64,000 bases of DNA from Dimorphilus gyrociliatus (Eukaryota > Animalia > Annelida). The translations under genes were made by a program, and so were the position numbers. Position 1 is the stretch's first letter. Each line of letters begins with the position of its first letter. Below the pieces are notes generated by a model. That model was not told where the DNA came from and did not search any database. It worked only from the letters and a program-made list of their open reading frames with translations. This document shows positions 11,193-23,312 of this stretch, in pieces. The DNA is taken from the NCBI GenBank assembly GCA_904063045.1, contig CAJFCJ010000002.1, forward strand, positions 3,715,891 to 3,779,890, read 5' to 3'.

Positions 11193-14100
11193 TCAATGAG
11201 GGTAAACTCTTCTTTGACTTAATCTTGATGTTCCATCTCCACTGGATGGAAGTGATACTGGAGCACTAAATTTTGTAGGATCAAACATGGCAGGTGCACC
11301 TTGATTAGAGAACTTATTTTGCGTTTCAGGTTCCATTTGGGTTGATGCTAACTCAGGTTCTTGTCCCTGGAATGTGTTTTCTTCCCCTGCCTACAAAAAA
11401 GTTTTGATCATGTACTACTTAATTTCAATACGTTATAAGAAATATACCCATACATTTTGCATATTCATTGGATTAAATATTTGGGTGTTGGGAGCTTGAC
11501 CATGTGGATTCACTTGTAAAAGAGGTGTCAAACCAACAGCAGGAGTTGAGGTGCTTGAACTAGCAAAAACATCAACATACTGTCCTTTTTTCGATGCATT
11601 TCTGGAGTAAGGATTGGAACCACCGGGCCCTTCTACTGGAGGAGGAGCTTGAGCAGCAGGAGGAGGCGGAGCCTGTTCTTCAGAAGTTTCACCAACTGGC
11701 TTTCCATCACGTTTGACCCACGTATTCAATTCGTTGCTCCATCGAATATCTGGATCGTCGTCATTTGGTAAAATCATTTCGTTTTTACCTGTTGGGATCA
11801 CTTTTTTTATCATATTCTGTAGCCAGCCAGCACGATATCCACTGCTACCCCCTTGATTGGATGGTTTTTCCTGAACTGATGGCTGTTGTGAGGGAGCAGG
11901 TGATTCCTATTATTTTTACAGCTGTTAGATTTTCGAAGTCCATTTAAAACTTAATTTTTATTACCTGAGCAAGTGGCTGCTCTGGTGGCAATGAAGCATG
12001 CGAAGAATGAGAGTAGTTTCTCACTCTACCATAGCTTTGAAGTGGTGGTAGTGGAGCAACATCCTAAGGAAAAAAAAAAAATAATTTTCAACTTTTTCAA
12101 TTTTAATATGAAATGTAACCGTTGAAACTATGTAAAATGCGATAATAATAAAAATATAATACAAAGTTTGATTTAAAAATTCTTAGAACCTTGTTAGTAA
12201 TAATATTTACCACAGAGTTTCGATTAGTAGCCTTATAAGAGAATACGGAATGATTGCTAGAAGGCGGTGAAGCCTGAGAAGACGTCTGCGATCTCGGAGA
12301 AAGAGGAGGAGAAATGGTCTGTAAAATGTTTTGTTTTTTGGAAATAAGTGTGACAGATATTTGAGTGTTAACTCTTAAAGTTAAGCAAAACTTTAAGAAA
12401 ATAGGAAAAGTGACATTGTAAAATGTACCAAAAAAGAAACGATAATCACTGTGCACCTAATAACAGAATATAGAAGATAAACATGAAAAAATAAGGAAAT
12501 GAGAGAAAGGGAAAGATTTGATAGATAACAGGTTGGAAAGGAAAAAATTCGTGAATGCCACAAGCTACATGCCAACCTCTAAAGGATCCATGTTAACGAT
12601 AGAGCTCCTTCTGCCAGACATCGAGGAGGAGGAAATGCGCTGACGAAATTGCTGAAGTTACAAATACTACTGCAAAAATGCTCAAACATTTTGCATACAC
12701 TTGCACACAGAATTGTGTTAAATAACAAATCTTTTGAATTCAACAAAGTTATCATACATAAACGATAGCAGGCACAACTAAGAAGACTACAAACAATAAA
12801 TTTACATAAGTAGAAGCTATCCTACTTATAGAGATTATAGGAATGTTTAAGAAAAAAAGTATTAAATTACATATTATCTTTTACCTTTAGTTGTCTTATA
12901 CTTGAATTAGAAAAGCCCAAATTGAGCCGATCTTCTATATGCCTGTTTTCAGTATCAGTGACTCGATCACCGTCTCCCAAGTCAGTGCCTCCACCAGCTG
13001 AAGATAAACTTGCTGCCAAATCTAAATGATCATTTGATGTAGCTAATTTGAATAAAAAAAAAACAAAATTAAAACAAACTATGTTATATGCTATATATTT
13101 AAATTAAAAATAAAGCAAAATTAGCGATTTTGTTTTTTTTTTTTTGAAGAAAAAATTATTTTATGTGCAAAAAAATCAGGCTTAAAATCTATTTCAACTT
13201 TAAATTCTGTTTATTTTACATCAACCCAAAATGACAAACTCTTACTTTTTCTAACCACACTGACTGACGCTCCTTAACTAACAATGCAATGTTCATTTTT
13301 TAACAAGTTTAAAATTTATAACTTATAAATTCAATTGTCTTTTGTTTTTACATAGCTAAATTATTTTTGTTTTCTATTTTTTCCAGTTGTGTTTAGGTTA
13401 GTAAAATTAAGCAAATTTTTAGCTTGTCACAATAGGAAATGAGTTAATATCACATAATATTCAAATTATTACCGAAGTTTCCCCGAGCACTAACACAGTT
13501 ATTAGCATTCGGGTAATATCCTGCAAGATTATTGGTTTGAGTAGCCGGCTGATTTATTTGCTCAGGTTGGACATTTTCTGGTCCTTGTCCTCCGCCATAA
13601 CCAGAGTAGCCTGTAGAATCATATTGAGGTTGCTGATAGGTATGGTATCCACCGTCTGGTTCAACTGCTGAGTTGTCTGTCTGTTGATCAGGCTCTCCTT
13701 CTGCAGCCATCTGTGCCGTCTGTTCTACCCCAATTTCCTGCTGGGGGTTAGGATAGCTTTGCATACAAGGGTCGACAGCTCCAACTTGCGATACTGAATC
13801 AACATCGTAACACTGTGGTTGCGCAGAAACCATTCCCTGATACATATGAAAATTTGTATTTAAACGAAATTAAACAAGGAATAGATACATACGATTAATT
13901 GAGATAATTTAACAAGCCATTCTGGATCTCCATCATCTCTATTATAATACAAGCCCTTCTCACAAGTATGAAATTTCAATTGATTGGCCATTTGATGAAC
14001 ACCAACGATGATAGCGTGGCAAAAAAAGCCTTGGTATTGAACGATGGACTTTGCTAAAACTTCACAATAATGAAAAGCCTCTTCAATCATACCAGCAGTG

Positions 14101-17100
14101 TATAATCTAACTGCATAGAGGAATTTATAAGGAAGTAATCTAATTGTTAGGGCTGCCAACTCTTCATCAATTCCAGCCAAGCTTTTAGCATACTCGTAGA
14201 CTTCTGTACATTGAATAGCTAGATTGTTAGCAAATTCTTGAAATGGTCGACGATGTGAAGATCCAAGCAGAACATATTTGGAGCTGGAATTACCGTATTG
14301 ACCTGGGTGAACTCTTGCTGTGAGGTAGCAGATATGTGAAGCATGAAGGCATCCTTTGGCTGCAAGAGTATCTCCAAGCACACAAAGGCTCTTTGCATCT
14401 AATTCTGGTTTTTCACGACTCTCATTTGCTAATATCATGGCAAGATGAGGTCGCCAATCACCCCATTTTTCATCAGAAACTAATGTTACAGCAGCTGGCT
14501 GTCGCCCAGACATCAACTGATATAAAGTTTGGAGAGGATCATTCATTTTCATAGCAACGTTAGCGAATTTTGTCATAATTGCAGCATGAGTTTTCGAATC
14601 CATTTTTGACGCAAGAAATAAAGCATGACCCCATAAATTATTTTTACAAGCCCATTCCAAAGCATCTTTCTTGCGTCCAAAGAGCAAAAGATGTCGAAAC
14701 TTATCAGTACAATCTTTTTCAGAACTATTTATAGACGACGAATCTATGGCTGAAGAATTCATTGTGGTTTCGGCCTTTATTCCCATTCTTGAATACTCGG
14801 CTGATGTTGGCTCATGACCCTCTAACAACAAGTACGCAAGATCACTTCCAATTACAGTCTAAAAATGTCAGAATTAATTTAAGTGTTATTTATTTAATAT
14901 TTCTAAAACATTACCCCGTTTTGCTTAATGAGGAATTGGAGTAAATTCCAAAGTAATAATATAGACTCCCTATCTACGGCATATTCATCTTGCCTACAAA
15001 GTATGGCTTCTTCTTGACAGAACCTTAGCACATCATTTTTGTGAGTATCACCCCTGATTAGCAGATATAAAATTATTATTCAACTGAAATAATGAAAAAA
15101 TGAAGACATACCTCACTAAAGGTCCAGGAAATCGCTTTAATTCCTCTACATCGCTTTCAACGGAAAATCTTGAAATCTGAACTAGAGCTGGCTGTCCATC
15201 TGCTGGCCTATTAGGCAAAACTCTAACCAATTGACCACCAGCTGCAAACGTTGCTCGAACATGGGGCATACTATATTTTAAAGGTGTTTTCCTGGTTTCC
15301 GCTAACATAAAAAAAATTTCATACACAGAATATGCAAATTAGTTTAATTTACCTTGATGGCCCATTTGATAATAAAACGGATCATAGGGTTGGTACTCCA
15401 TTCCCATAAATTGAGGATACATAGCATGACCCAACCTGCTATTTGGACGAGATCTTTGAGACGTATTTGCAAAATTGTCCCTTTAAAGATAAGAAAATTT
15501 TGAAAAACTAATTGAGTTAGAAATATAAAATAACTTACGCTGCTGTGTACTGTCCAATAGCCGGAGTACTTCCACGAGAAGTTGGTATGCCAGCTTGTTG
15601 ATATTGTTGAGCCTGGTTGTACTGCCGAGCCATTAATAACCATTGCTGGTATTTGGTTTGATATTCTTGTAAGGCGCCTTGGTAGGATCGCATTTCGTCA
15701 TCATAGCCTATTCGAAATCGAGCCTCAAAATCTGCAAGAAAATGCATAGATCTTAGGAAACATACAATACACGAAAGAAGTTTTACCAGGTGCACCGTAT
15801 CCTCTATGACCTTGTCCACCATAGGAATCTCTATAAGAGTAACCTTGCCTTGATGGAGGTCGGTCATCATCATAGACTGACCCTCTTGAGAGAGGTCGTC
15901 CACAGTTACTACTCCTGTCAAAGCTTGCATCTCGACGTCTGGCTGACGCCCGATCATAACTTTGTTCTCTACTTGAAGGATAATCATAATCATCATGTCT
16001 TCGTACTCTTTCCCTACCTCGGGGCTCATTTCTATAGCTCTTATAGTACTCCGATTGATTGAAGCTATGATATCGACTATCGTCCGGACGTCTTCTTGAT
16101 GGATTTTGGAATGATTCTCCCATTTTTCGTCTATATTCTCCGTCCTCCTTCTCGTAATCCTGTCGATATTCTTCGTCTTTTCCTCTATCTCGACCTCTCC
16201 TTGACCTATCTCCTTCATTATAATACTTTCTATCTAAATTACTGTAAGATTTTTCTCGAGGTTCACTTCTACGATCTTCTCTTCTTTCATACGGATCTCG
16301 TCTGTCAAAATGATCACTTCTGTGAAACTGGTCACGCCTATCCATTGGATCATGTCTATCGATTGGATCTCGTCTGTCCATTGGAACACGCCTATCGATT
16401 GGATCACGCCTATCGATTGGATCATTCCTATCCATTGGATCTCGTCTATCCATTGGATCTCGTCTGTCCATTGGATCATTCCTATCCGTTGGATCTCGTC
16501 TGTCCATTGGATCATTCCTATCCATTGGATCTCGTCTGTCCAGTGGATCACGTCTATCGATTGGATCACGCCTATCGATTGGATCATTCCTATCCATTGG
16601 ATCTCGTCTGTCCAGTGGATCACGTCTGTCCATTGGATCATTCCTATCCATTGGATCTCGTCTGTCCATTGGATCACGCCTATCCATTGGATCACGCCTA
16701 TCCATTTGATCATTCCTATCTATTGGATCTCGTCTGTCCATTGTATCACGCCTATCCATTGGATCATGGCCATCCATCTGATCGCGGGCATCCATTGAGT
16801 TATATCTATCCATTTGATCATGCCTATCAGTTGGACCATGATTTTCAAACTGGTCTACATCTTTTCTCCCTCTCTCATAGTCATATGTTCTGTCGTTTCT
16901 AGAATCTCTTCTATTAGGACCATGGAAATTTGGATCCTCATAACCTCTATAATTACGTTCGTAACCGTGGTCACCCCTCTCATTTCTGGGATCTCTTCTT
17001 CTAGTTTCTTGCAAGTTTCGACTATAATTTTCCTCATAACCATCATTTGATTTTCTTACATTTTCATCTTTGACATTGGGTTCAATAGATCTATTGACTT

Positions 17101-19060
17101 CCGGTTCGTGTTTGGGTCGGGCAACTGGAGTTTCTGGTTCTTTTATTTGTGTTGTATTAGGCACAATTGGAGAAAAATCAGGAGTGTTTTTGGGTGTAAA
17201 CAAAGAAAAATTCTCTGTTTTAAGTGGTGGCTGTGTCTCTTGAACTTGAGAAGCTGGCTGTGATTCAGAACTTTTCACCTTTGGAGGTTTAAAAGGGCTA
17301 TCTGGATGGCTGGTGATACGATTGGTCAAACTTCGATCCGACACTTGACTATCTGAACGAGGTTTTTCCAATTGTCCAAGGGATACATCTACTGGGGGTT
17401 TTGAAGTATTTGAGCTGGGTCTATCAACAGCATCAACTTCATTGCATTTTTGAGGTTGATTGGCTGGAGACTCCGAATTTTGAATTGATTGATCAGCATA
17501 ATCACCCACAATAAATTTAGCTCCTCCGAAAGAACTCTGTCTGCTATGGAGTTGTGATGAATTTTCGGTATTCAGCATATGTTGACTGTTTTCTGGCTGC
17601 GATAGATTATCTAAGTTAACTTTTTCTGTTATATTTGTCCCTTCGGCTTGCTTCAAAGAAATTTCGTCGCTTGGGTCTTTAAGTTTCAAATTTTCCATAT
17701 TTTGAAGAATTCCACTCATACTATCTGCTCTTTCCTCTTCAGCTTCCCTTTGCATAATATTCGGTTCAGGTTCTTGTTTCAAATCTGGTTGATCTGGAAT
17801 ACATATTGTTTGTATTAAGAGAGTAGTTAGCGATATTGTTAGTATATTTTCGATATTGATTATCTAAATCACCCGATATCGATTTGTAGACTGAATTATC
17901 ATTCATACATTTTGAAATAAAATACAATATAGTATTGAAAATGAAAGTAGCTAAGTCATTTTGGCTATTTTTATATTGAATATTCAGTCTTGATATTATT
18001 TTATTATAGAATGCGAATCGTAATCAGTATTTACTTATATTAAATTGTATCCTTAATTGGTGAAACGGGTATGTAATAATTTTTGTCAAGTGTAGTATTG
18101 TAAAATTAACTCACCAATATTACCAGCTGAGTCAGCAGAAAAGAGCGTCGAACTTGGATGTTGTGTGTGTGTTGTTGGTTCATCATCTCTTGGAAGAGAC
18201 GATTCACGATGGGAACCATGATCTTCAATTAACTTGGATTGCTGGTTAGCTAAATAGTCCTGCTGATAATGACTAACAGATGTAGGCTGTTGTGAAGAAT
18301 CCGCAATTTGTTCTACAGGGTTTTCTGAAGTCATTGTATTTCTAATTTGTTGGTGATATTGTTGGTGATGTTGTTGTAGCTGTTGTTGTTGTAGCTGTTG
18401 TTGTTGTAGCTGTTGTTGTTGTAGCTGTTGTTGTTGGAGCTGTTGCTGTTCTTGTTTCTGCATTTGATATTGATGCATGTTATATTGATATTGTTGTTCT
18501 CTAAGAGAATCCGGGTGAGATGGGGGCTTTGAATGAATATTGGATGTTGTTTGTTGTTCTGGGACTTTGTTATCAGTTTGCAGGGGAAATTCATCTAATT
18601 GAGGATTGGTATGCAATCCAGTGGTACCAGGTATAGTTGGATTTTCACTCAAATGCTCCCTTGGGTTTGCTTGATCAGACTCTCTTATTTGTTCGTGAGA
18701 GGGCTCGAACAATTGATGGCCAGGCGTAGTTACAGGTTGATTTTGGAAATGGATTGGATGTCCTCCGGTAGGATTTTCAGTTCCAGGATTAGCATAAGAA
18801 TTCATTTGACCCTGGTGAGCATAGATATGGGAACCATAGTTTTGCTGAGCCATATATTGATAGTTGCCAGAGTGTTGGTGATGTGTGTGCTGGCTGGCTG
18901 TAGGATTAGAAGGTTGCCAACGTTGGTTCTCTGCCGGGTGATTCTGTTGAGACACTTGTCCTTGATGGAACCAACCTTCTTCATTATTGTCATTTCCCCA
19001 CGAGTCCCATTCATCTGCGTCTCTACTTCCAGTACCGTTTGCAGCATTAAGCACATTCAT
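11193..19060 (-). CDS. SEC16: Protein transport protein Sec16 (ER exit site scaffold), multi-exon
   Basis: Central conserved domain PHVRATFAAGGQLV...GPLV, then LLLFGRKKDALEWACKNNLWGHALFLASKM...DPLQTLYQLMSGRQP...WRPHLAMILAN. C-terminal MILPNDDDPDIRWSNELNTWV motif; ends ...SRLSQRRVYPH*. The N-terminus is long and low-complexity. Confidence 0.9.
16280..16840 (-). repeat. Coding 18-bp tandem repeat (~30 hexapeptide units [M/I/L]DR[R/N]DP) in SEC16
   Basis: Plus-strand units such as TATCCATTGGATCTCGTC and TGTCCATTGGATCATTCC; translation MDRRDP/MDRNDP/IDRRDP. Confidence 0.95.
18355..18450 (-). repeat. Coding polyQ (QQQQL)n 15-bp repeat in SEC16 exon
   Basis: The plus strand shows repeated TGTTGTTGTAGCTGT-like units; translation QQQLQQQQLQQQQLQQQQLQQQQLQQHHQQ. 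Confidence 0.9.
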
Positions 19061-19869
19061 GTTATGCCGCACTATCAAATTCTTCCTCTCTTTTTTAGTA
19101 AATGATAGTGAATCAACTGCTGGAACTGATTAAATACAGTCGAAAAATTATTTTTCTATCCAAAAAGTTTAATTAAATATTTTTACAGATTTGACTAATA
19201 TATTGTTTTACGTCAAATAGAACTTAACGTTCTAGCAGAAAAACTCCATCTTGTTTTTCACTGACGTGTTTACCAGGATCGCATCAAATATAGTAACGCA
19301 CTTAATTTTATTCCCACCAAACTATCAAATTCCTTAGAGAAAAAATTAGCAAATACTGCCTATACAAAATTCGAATATGTTTACGTTTCAAATAATTTTG
19401 TAATTTGAATACAAGCTCTAATTTTAGTTGAAAGTGAAACTATTTCCGCAAGTCCCAACATTAAACTTGACCAGTTAATGAAACACAACGCTATCTCTAA
19501 TAATAAACTCTATCTGATAGCCTTCTTGTATTGAATGAGTTGAAAATTAGTAGGCAGGTCAAAAGAGACTTTTTCAAAACCGAAGTTCATCTTTCCTTTG
19601 AAAGTTATTTAAAACGGAATAATACATTGAGTATTAATATTATCTATTTTACAAGTAAACGAAAACAAATTAATGCAACAAATACTCTACTGTGTTAAAA
19701 AAGATGACTTTGTTGGAAGAAAAATAAATGTTTCCTTCAAATATAAATCTGAGATACACAAGTACTATCGTATAAAACTTATTGGAGCGTTATTTTTACA
19801 ATGAATAGGCCTTGACTATCGATTGATAATACAGCGACCGTTCTGTATACATTGGCGACTTGCGCAAAA

Positions 19870-22800
19870 ATGGCAGGAGAAATGAGACAATTAGAAAACG
19901 TAAGTAAAGGAAGATTGTAAGCTAAGAGTCATTATTAATTTAAGCAATTTAATCTATTTTTTAATATTTTTCAAAGACTCCTATTGGTAATACTATATTA
20001 TCAGGAGATTATAAACTACTAAAAGATGTACTGTCATCTGGTGAGGATCCTCATTATAAAGATAGGGTAAATTTATTAAAGAGTTAACTTCGATTTGTCA
20101 TTCAGATACTAACAGTTTACGCTTTTAGAAGGGAAATACATACTTACATTTAGCCAGCACAAGAAACAGTACATATATTCTACAAATTTTGGCTGCCACT
20201 TTAAAGATAGATGTAAATGGCCGTAATAAAGTAAATAATATGATCATTAATCTTAATTCATTTAGTATATTATCAATCAACAATTATAGCATGGTTTTAC
20301 CGCCCTTCATGTATCGGCTCTATACTGTCAAACTTGTATTGTTCAAGACCTGATTTGCATTGGAGTAGATCCGACGATCAAAGATAATGTTTGAAAATTT
20401 TAAACATATGAACTAAGTTAATACTATGATCTTTATTTAATCTTTTAAAAGAGAGGACAAACTGCTGATATGTTAACCGATAATATTTATTGGTTGCAAA
20501 CGTATAATAAATACTACGTAAGCGAGAAATCAATTATATTTTATATTTACAAGAGAGCTGATACATTAACTTATATCTAACTTTGACAGCCCGGTTTAAG
20601 ACAAGCAATCCAAGATTACGACCTCGATAAAGTGTATTTCCTAATTGATAGTTGGTGTTCTATCGATGCAAAATTAGTAAGCTCATTGGATCCTTTAATA
20701 AAATAAGAGTAACAACAGAAAAGATACTTTCCAGAGTTTACATGGTTTACAAATGAGACAATACGCAGCTACACAAAAACACCATGACATAGGATTGTAT
20801 TTCGATAAAATGAAGCCAACATTGGTAAATACTGTTAATTAAGACTTGGTATAATTTAAATAATAACCAGATATTAAATTAATAAATAGATGGCAATAAA
20901 TGCTGTGTTTGAACTAAACTATGATAAATTAAAAGAGGCATTACATAATAAGACGTTATGTAAAATTAATTTCATTCGAAAGGTATGTAAAATATTTTGT
21001 CTATATTAATAAAGAAATAAAGAGATCTCACTGAAATAGGGAGTTTATAAACAAACTATTCTTCAACACGCTATTCGAATTGGTGATGAAAGAATTGTTA
21101 AGATGTTAATCGAGGCCGGAAGTCATACAAATATATTTGTTCATGTCAAAGATTACTTTAAAGTAGGGATATTAATTTGAAAGTGTTGTTAGAGAAAAAG
21201 TTAAATTCTTACAATTAAAAAAGGGTCCATTAATTTTCGAAGCCTTTCATTCATCCCCTAAAATTTTGGAGTTATTACTTAAAAATTGCAAGAGTTTTGA
21301 GGAAAGAGACGAGAGGGGTAGAAATTGTCTTCTCTACCTACTAGATTTGGAGTATAACGATAGTAATATTAAATATTGGATAAGAAATAGCGATATCTCT
21401 GTAAGAGATTATACTGGGTCTTCTTGTAAGGACGTTGCCAGATTAACAAGACGATTTAAAATAGAAGAGGAAATAAACAGACAGATTGTTTATTTATTAA
21501 GAACATCTAATACAAAAGAGTTAAAGAGATTAGCGATAAACTGTTTTGAAGACTTTAGATTTCATTACGAGGGTAGGGATACATGGTTAATAGCACATGG
21601 TAATAAAGATAGAGAATCTTTAAGATTTCTTATGTGGTTTGACCATTTTAAAGTAAGTTACTTCGTTCTATCCTTTTACTTAATTAAGTATCTAAACAAA
21701 TTTTCAGAAAACAAGGCAAAATTTTCATACTTCAATAAAAACAAATGATATCATAAAATTTCAAGAGATTATCAAATCAAAATGCGATTCTGATGAAAGT
21801 GATGATGAAATATATACTCAATATACAGATACAACAGATTTAATACAAGCAAAAGATCACGTATCTATATTTAGAATAGATTCTTTCTTTCCATTCATTA
21901 GTATTAATGCATTTGTTTAAATACTTTTTAAATTATAGGGAGGAAGGAATTGTTTACATCTTTCAATACTTTTCGAGAGAAAGGATATGGCTGAAACTAT
22001 TTTGGAATTATCTCCGACTATAATTAATTCAACTGATAATGTAAAACAATATTTTAACAAAAGAGACTAAAATAATGCTTACAATAACTTTAGCTAAATA
22101 GAACACCTTTACATTATGCGGCTTACTTAAAAAACAATGATTTAGTAACATTTCTGAGAGGGAAAAATGCCAATTCTCTATGCGAAGATGCGGTATAGAG
22201 ATTACTATTTATTTTTATTATATAAAACTTTATTAATTATTTCCATAGAATTGGAATTCATGCGAAAATTTAGAAAAGAATTGGACATTTAAACAAAGTG
22301 AAAATTTCTGTAATACTGAAAGAAAGGTAATATAATTTTTTATTGAAATAAAGCTATAAAAAACAAAAAACTACATTTATTTATATATTTTAAGGCTCAT
22401 TATGGATTTGAGAAAGAATTATACTATTTAAGTATTCACGAAGATCTACTGAGAATTATAAATGATCCTTTTAAAAGTATTCGGCATTTTAACAACTATT
22501 TAAAAAAATTGAAGATTAAAGTTTCCGATATTCCGAATGTTGTAAGAAATTTTGATATTTAATGTATTGTATTTGTTCGTTGTTACATCACTTTATTCTT
22601 AACAAAATAGTTAATGAAACAAAATCAACAAATATTAACTAAATTGGACAATTTGTTGATGTCAGCCATCAACAATGGGAAAGAAGATGTTGCTCTCCGA
22701 CTACTCAGTATAGGATATGATCCTCACGTGTCTGAAGAAGTGAGTAGAGAAAGTTAGTTGAAATTTTTTTAATATATCTTATCCAATAGTTTAAAACCGA

Positions 22801-22903
22801 AAATGGCGAAGTTGTTCTAAAGAATTCATATGAAAGAGCATTAGATCAGAATATGATAGAAGTTGGGAAAGTGTTAGAGAAAAAATTGAATATTTCAAAA
22901 TGA
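19870..22903 (+). CDS. Ankyrin-repeat protein, many short exons
   Basis: Spliced exons read MAGEMRQLEN|TPIGNTILSGDY...DPHYKDR|GNTYLHLAS...VNGRNK|HGFTALHVSAL...DPTIKDN|RGQTA...; later GRNCLLYL and GRNCLHLSIL. The last exon ends ...KKLNISK* at 22903. Mostly missed by the ORF track. Confidence 0.8.
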
Positions 22904-23312
22904 ACAAGAGTTTCTATTTGAATTGTTTTGTTGATTGCTTAATTTGCTTTTGTTAAAGTCTTAATTTTTTATTTGAATAAAAAAGTATTAATGACTGAAT
23001 AAGGGGAATATATATATATATATTCTTTATTATACAGTATAAGGAATTAGATTTAACTTGAAGAATGAGAATATGATATTTCTTACATTAATATGAGAAA
23101 ATTCTGATAACTTGTCTCGGTAGATAGTTAATATAATTTTGGAAATTACATTATTTGTTGAAATAAAATGACGTTCTTATTTGAAAATGTAAATATTGTT
23201 CAATGCACGTGACATATCGAAGTTTTTGGCGATCATGATGTCACAATCAATTGATTTTTTATTCTTGAAATGCCCCAGATCAAAATAGAAGGGCATTTTG
23301 TGAAGTCAAACG

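Noticed and set aside
16280-16840. Possible CRISPR-like repeat array
   Set aside because: Repeats are head-to-tail with no unique spacers, lie inside a eukaryotic coding exon, and no cas genes are present.
16096-16902. Long ORFs on the plus strand and in alternative minus frames (16096..16902, 16234..16713, 16310..16798)
   Set aside because: They are by-products of the stop-free 18-bp tandem repeat within the SEC16 exon; there is no independent evidence of coding.
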